From an uncultured Nitrososphaerota archaeon (GTDB lineage: Archaea; Thermoproteota; Nitrososphaeria; Conexivisphaerales; DTJL01): 64,000 nucleotides of DNA. Where the stretch lies: assembly GCA_963842885.1 (NCBI GenBank), contig CAWJIE010000005.1, positions 256,001 to 320,000 on the forward strand. Reading direction: 5' to 3'. This document shows positions 62,845 to 64,000 of the stretch, one piece after another. The translations under genes were made by a program, and so were the position numbers. Positions within the stretch are counted from its first letter, which is position 1, and each line of letters opens with the position of its first letter. Under the pieces are notes generated by a model, which was not told where the DNA came from, searched no databases, and saw only the letters and a list, made by a program, of their open reading frames with translations.

Positions 62845-64000
62845 ATGTCTTTCGTAACCTTGACGAGAAGAGTCTTGCGCCTATTACTGTTGGTGTTTCT
62901 TGTGGCTTCGTCTGCCTCACTCGGCATCTTCTCCGCTCCCGTCGCTCATGCTCAGCAGTACAACCTGAGGCTGAACCTTTCAATAGCCCCGTCGGTTGTG
63001 CCTGCTGACAATGGGACTTGCGCGATATATGTGTACCTGACCGATTCTTCAGGGGCACCTGCCGCGGCTCCCTCCTCCCTCGGGATTTCGCTGTATTCGT
63101 CGGATCAGCGCATAGGAAGCGTCCAAGCCACGGCGACGATTCCGCAAGATGGTTACTCCGTCAGTGTCGCCTTCATTTCGACCAGCACGCCTGGCGCCAC
63201 CACGGTGACAGCATTGGCTCAGGGTTTGCAAAGTGGGTCTCTTGTGGTGAACACTCAGACTCCCGTCGGGTTCCCAAGCCGACTGGTCGTGTTCGCCCTT
63301 CCTCCGTCGTTGATACCGGGAGGCGGTGAGACCGGCAAGCTGGTCGTGCAGCTCCAGGACGCCATAGGCAATCCCGCGCGTGCTCCCCTGGCGCTGTCCG
63401 TTCAGCTTTCTTCTTCTGACACGAATGTGGTGTATGTTCCATCTTCCCTGGTGATCCCGCAGGGTGACACCTACGCCACCGCTACATACACCCCCACGAC
63501 GATTCCGGGGACGGTCATAGTCAGTGCCACGGCATCTGGGTACCAGAGCGGGGCTACGAATGTCATCGTGAGCGGTCCGTCGCCGACTCGATTGGTGATG
63601 TATGTGCTCGCCACTGTCTTGCCCACCGACGGCCAGACATCAGTTCCAGTAGCGATCGCCCTTCAGGACGACAGTGGCTTTCCTGCCCTCGCGCGGAGCA
63701 ACGTCCAGGTAATACTCACCAGCTCCAACCTGGCCATCGCCTCTTTTGCGTCGACTACAGTGTCGATCCTACAGGGAACCATGTACACGATGACCACGCT
63801 CAACTGTGGCAGTGTAGGAGGCACGGTGCAATTGACGGCGCAGTCGCAGGGGTTGTATAAGTCAGTCGTCAGCACGACTGGTGTCGCGCCGATTCTCGCC
63901 GCGAACGGCAACATTTCTCTCTCCTTGGGACCAAGTGTTGTGTTGCCTGATGGTGCGAGTTACTCTGACATAGTTGTTGCCCAGCTGGGTGTGATCGGGA
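62845..64000 (+). CDS. Secreted Ig-like repeat surface protein (partial, runs off window)
   Basis: Appears open to the window end; signal peptide; recurring 'LQD..G.PA....V.L.SS' units; gaaaggTTTATAA promoter at 62818. Confidence 0.8.
   Translation, partial: MSFVTLTRRVLRLLLLVFLVASSASLGIFSAPVAHAQQYNLRLNLSIAPSVVPADNGTCAIYVYLTDSSGAPAAAPSSLGISLYSSDQRIGSVQATATIPQDGYSVSVAFISTSTPGATTVTALAQGLQSGSLVVNTQTPVGFPSRLVVFALPPSLIPGGGETGKLVVQLQDAIGNPARAPLALSVQLSSSDTNVVYVPSSLVIPQGDTYATATYTPTTIPGTVIVSATASGYQSGATNVIVSGPSPTRLVMYVLATVLPTDGQTSVPVAIALQDDSGFPALARSNVQVILTSSNLAIASFASTTVSILQGTMYTMTTLNCGSVGGTVQLTAQSQGLYKSVVSTTGVAPILAANGNISLSLGPSVVLPDGASYSDIVVAQLGVIG

Overview
High-GC archaeal DNA, probably TACK/Nitrososphaerota-like (inferred from archaeal class III pilin signal peptides, BRE/TATA promoters, a TackOD1-like Zn protein and the integrase type). 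Many single-base frameshifts suggest an imperfectly polished long-read assembly. Three blocks: (1) 1-34.8 kb is a large surface-glycan locus with about 13 GT2/GT4/GT28-like glycosyltransferases, DUF1616 proteins, a CPBP protease, an oxidoreductase, a nucleotidyltransferase, two thymidylate-kinase-like P-loop proteins, FemAB/GNAT proteins, a deacetylase, a flippase, two radical SAM enzymes and a Tat-exported beta-helix-like gene apparently split by a foreign 153-codon insert. (2) 35.4-49.2 kb holds tandem integrated elements downstream of tRNA-Arg(CCG), with a 20-bp att repeat exactly 10,500 bp apart, one near-complete and one relic tyrosine integrase, and a third degenerate att. (3) 49.4-64 kb is a type IV pilus locus: an ATPase with a C-terminal winged helix, a near-identical tandem pilin pair differing at one clustered site, a TadC/FlaJ-like platform, minor pilins, a giant DUF2341 pilin-like protein and a partial Ig-like surface protein. 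No CRISPR array or rRNA seen. Family assignments come from motif recognition, not database searches.
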